From the NCBI GenBank assembly GCA_041192045.1, contig JBEENR010000007.1:17277-81276 (forward strand): a stretch of 64,000 nucleotides of DNA, in the 5' to 3' direction. The translations under genes were made by a program, and so were the position numbers. Numbering within the stretch: position 1 is the stretch's first letter; every line of letters starts with the position of its first letter. The stretch is from Pseudomonadota bacterium (GTDB lineage: Bacteria > Pseudomonadota > Gammaproteobacteria > Burkholderiales > Burkholderiaceae_C). Positions 61,021 through 64,000 of this stretch are shown one piece after another. The notes under the pieces were generated by a model. The model saw nothing but the letters and a program-made list of their open reading frames with translations. It searched no databases and had not been told where the DNA came from.

Positions 61021-62774
61021 ACTCCATCCGCCCCGCAGCCTATTTGTCCGAAGCCGGCCTCAAGGCCAGCAGCGAGCGCATCCACCAGATGCTGCGCCAG
61101 CTCAGCTGGGTGGTGCCCGCTGTGGTGCTGCTGCTGTTTGCCTTGGCCGTGCTGGGTTTTTATGAATGGGTGGCCAAACCCCAGGCCCGTGCCCAAGCCG
61201 TCGCCTTGCAAATCAAAGCGGCTGACAGCTTGGCTTTCAAGATCGATGCCACGGCCCAGCACATTGACCAAGCGGTACTGACCTTGCGCGATTGGGTACA
61301 GACCGGGGTGGTCAGCCTAGACGATGTGCAGAGCATGAACCGGGTCATGATGCCGATGCTGGCCCAGAGCCCGCTGATCAGCAGCATCCACGTGGCGCAT
61401 GCCTCGGGGCGCGAGGTCTTGCTGTTGAAACAGCAAGACGGCTGGCGCAACCGCATCACCAACGTGCCCACCCAAGGCCAGCAACAGCACTGGCTGGGCT
61501 GGAAAAACGCACAGACCCCCGTGGCCGACGAGTGGAAAACGCAGGACTACGACCCCCGCAAACGCCCTTGGTACACCGGGGCCATGACCGTGCCCGAGAA
61601 CGTGGTGTACTGGACGGCACCCTACACCTTTGCCACCACCCAAGAGCCCGGCATCACGGCCAGCCTGCGCTGGCGCGACCTGGCCTCGGGCGAGCAGATG
61701 GTGATTGCGTTGGATGTGCTGCTGTCTGACCTGAGCGCACTGACCCTGAGCACGCCCTACACCCCGCAGGGGGGCGTGCTGCTGCTCTCGGCCCAGCAGC
61801 AGATGCTGGGCCTGCCGCGCAACCTGGGTTTTGACACCCCGCAAGCGGTACGCGAGGCCGTCATGAAGCGCCCTGCCGAAGGGGGCTTGGCTTGGCTGGA
61901 CGAGGCGCTGAGCCAAGATGCCCGCCACCCCGCCGAGGCGGATAGCGACGAGGCGCTGCTGGGCCAGCCTGTGACAGGGCCAGAGGGGCAAGCTTGGCGC
62001 ATCAAATCGGTGCCCATGCCGCTGCGCAACCAACCTCTGCGTTTGGTCTTGCTGGCCCCCGATGCGGTGTTTGCGCCGTGGTCACCTCAAGTGCAGACGG
62101 CGCTGTGGGCGGTGTTGGTCAGCTTGTTGCTGGGCGGCTTGCTCATGGCGCGGCGGCTGAACCAGCATGTAGCCATTCCTGTGGGCCATGTGTTTGAGGC
62201 ACTCAACACCAGCAACCAGCAACTCACCCGCCAGAGCCAGCAGGCGCAACTGCTGGCGGCTTGGGTGGCACGCATGCAAAAAGCCCCCGACATGCGCAGC
62301 CTGGGGCAGACGCTGCTTTCGGCTTTGGGCCAGCACTTTCCGCTGGGCGCAGGCAGTTTGTACCGTGCTGACGAGGCCAGCCAGACCCTGAGCGCAGCAG
62401 CCGGTTTTGCCACCCAGGGCGAGCTGGCTTTGCCACAGGCGGTGCCGTTTGGTTCGGGTTTGATGGGGCAGTGCGCTCTCGATCAGCGCTTGTTACGTCT
62501 GGACCAGCCGGGGCCTGACTACATCCAAGTGCATTCCGCCCTGAGCCCGGTGCCCGTGGCTTGCCTGTTGCTGCTGCCGGTGCAAAGCAACCGCGTGTTG
62601 CACGGCGTGCTGGAACTGGCCTTGTTGCGCCCGCCCACCGACGACGATATGGCCTTGCTCAGCGACTTGCTGCCCACGCTGGCCATGTGCATGGAAATTC
62701 TCAGCAACAGCGAAGCCATGCACCACTTGCTTGAAGACCGGTGCCCGCAGGACAAGGCGGCGGACGCAGTCTGA
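61017..62774 (+). CDS. second Cache-like sensor, TM and GAF protein with no recognisable output domain
   Basis: 585 aa with an ATGA overlap with the kinase stop. TM1 [20 protein letters not shown], Cache-type [27 protein letters not shown]2 [33 protein letters not shown]...[10 protein letters not shown], and a terminal [12 protein letters not shown]. Confidence 0.8.
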
Positions 62775-62795
62775 GCGGTCTAAACGGTCTAATCG

Positions 62796-63281
62796 TCAGA
62801 GAAAGCGCTCGATCAGCCGACGCGAATGCCGGTCCAGATCGCGCAAACTGGGCAGTCTGAAGACAATGCCGTGTCCGCTGGTGATCAGCAATGCGGCTTG
62901 CGCACCGGGCAGGCGGCGGATGTCTTCTTCGGCTTTCAGCACCAGTTCGGTTGCGCCTCGGTCGGTTTCGACTTGCCAGATGCTGGGCGTTGAAAACGTG
63001 GAGACGCTGACAATGCGCTGGATGCTGGGCACGAATTCGCGCTCGGCCAAGGCGGCTTGCAGCAACTGGCGCGGCGCATCGTCCAGGGCCGACAACTGGG
63101 GCAACCAGAGCAGTTCGCGTCCATCCACAGCCACCAGCGACAAACCCTCATCGGGTGCCGAAACAGGAAAAGCGCGTACCGGCACCACGCCGGTGTGTTC
63201 GGTGCCATCGGGCAAGGTGCAAACCAATTGGCCCCAGGCGTTGCGGCTCAGGGCAAAAGAGGGGGGCGTGTCAGGTGTCAT
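62796..63281 (-). CDS. DUF1854 domain protein
   Basis: 161 aa. VVPVRAFPVS, EREFVPSIQRIVSV, WQVETDRGATELVLKAEEDIRRL and LDRHSRRLIERFL match the DUF1854 family as I recall it. It lies directly downstream of an ABC exporter gene. Confidence 0.75.
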   Translation of the reverse strand: MTPDTPPSFALSRNAWGQLVCTLPDGTEHTGVVPVRAFPVSAPDEGLSLVAVDGRELLWLPQLSALDDAPRQLLQAALAEREFVPSIQRIVSVSTFSTPSIWQVETDRGATELVLKAEEDIRRLPGAQAALLITSGHGIVFRLPSLRDLDRHSRRLIERFL

Positions 63282-63287
63282 GGCGGA

Positions 63288-64000
63288 TCAAACGCTGCTG
63301 GAGTTGGCATGCCCATGGGGCAGGGCGGCAGGCTGGTGGGCCAGCAGCACCGCATCGTGTTCGGTCAGTTCGTCGTCTGGCGCATCCACCTTGCGTGCCT
63401 GTGCTTCGTACAGCCGCCAGTAGTGGCCCTGCTGGGCCATGAGGGTGTCGTGTGGGCCGACTTCAACGATTTCGCCCCGATCCATCACCACCAGCCGGTC
63501 GGCTTTGCGCAAGGTGGACAGCCGGTGCGCAATGGCAATGGTGGTGCGGCCTTGTACCAGGTTGTCCAGCGCCCGCTGAATTTCCTTTTCGGTTTCGGTA
63601 TCCACCGCCGAGGTGGCTTCGTCCAAGATCAGCAATTTGGGGTCAATCAGCAGTGCGCGGGCAATGCTGATGCGTTGGCGCTCGCCGCCCGACAGACCTT
63701 GCCCGCGCTCGCCCACCAGCGAGTCGTAGCCCTGGGGCAGGCGCAAAATGAAATCGTGTGCATGTGCCGCCCGTGCAGCGGCCACAATCTGCTCGCGGCT
63801 GGCGTTGGGTTGTCCGTAGGCAATGTTGTCGGCGATGGTGCCAAAGAACAGGAACGGCTCTTGCAACACCAGACCAATGTGGGCCCGGTAGTCGGCCACC
63901 CGCATGCGCCGCAGGTCGATGCCATCGACCCGAATGGCACCATCACTCACGTCATAAAAGCGGCACAGCAAATTCACCAGCGTGCTCTTGCCCGAGCCAC
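63288..64000 (-). CDS. ABC transporter ATP-binding protein/permease, C-terminal NBD only (gene continues past the right window edge)
   Basis: LSGGERQRISIARALLIDPKLLILDEATSAVD and IAIAHRLSTL. The reading frame stays open to position 64000. Confidence 0.88.
   Translation of the reverse strand, partial: GSGKSTLVNLLCRFYDVSDGAIRVDGIDLRRMRVADYRAHIGLVLQEPFLFFGTIADNIAYGQPNASREQIVAAARAAHAHDFILRLPQGYDSLVGERGQGLSGGERQRISIARALLIDPKLLILDEATSAVDTETEKEIQRALDNLVQGRTTIAIAHRLSTLRKADRLVVMDRGEIVEVGPHDTLMAQQGHYWRLYEAQARKVDAPDDELTEHDAVLLAHQPAALPHGHANSSSV

Overview
High-GC (over 60% by eye) betaproteobacterial chromosome segment, Burkholderiales/Comamonadaceae-like in gene order. It is densely coded and mostly housekeeping. 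Left to right: (1) an AT-rich accessory edge at 1-900 (about 37% GC by hand count over 1-360) with a Cys-rich lipoprotein and two small unknown ORFs, lying downstream of a WYL-domain regulator and a HipB-like XRE regulator. (2) lgt, a crotonase-fold protein, matB and a universal stress protein. (3) A microaerobic block: ccoI-ccoS-ccoNOQP-ccoG, a short FixH-like gene, fnr, hemN and a DsbD_2-type membrane protein, with three FNR/FixK boxes visible. (4) An EamA transporter and aceA behind an AT-rich, palindrome-dense control region. (5) The classic thrS-infC-rpmI-rplT-pheS-pheT-ihfA operon. (6) An IclR regulator, bpt-aat, VanZ, an ABC-F ATPase, prmB, dapE, a pilU-like gene, dapD, dapC, cysE and trmJ. 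(7) suhB and mutS, with mutS translationally coupled to an orphan Anbu-type proteasome homologue and an alpha/beta hydrolase. (8) An AAA-ATPase/PD-(D/E)xK singleton, an inverted-repeat element and a DUF2306-LytS-LytTR module. (9) An aminotransferase, a Liv-type binding protein and an ABC-2 exporter. (10) A four-gene signalling operon: a REC-HD-GYP regulator, a Cache-TM-GAF protein, a 1353-aa hybrid kinase and a second Cache-TM-GAF protein. (11) DUF1854 and a partial ABC exporter. I recognised no rRNA, tRNA, CRISPR array, transposase or integrase. The best candidates for undescribed biology are the split three-sensor/one-kinase operon (54.1-62.8 kb), the WYL-gated AT-rich island cut by the left edge, and the mutS-Anbu-hydrolase unit. 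None is proven. All domain calls come from reading the translations by eye, not from searches.
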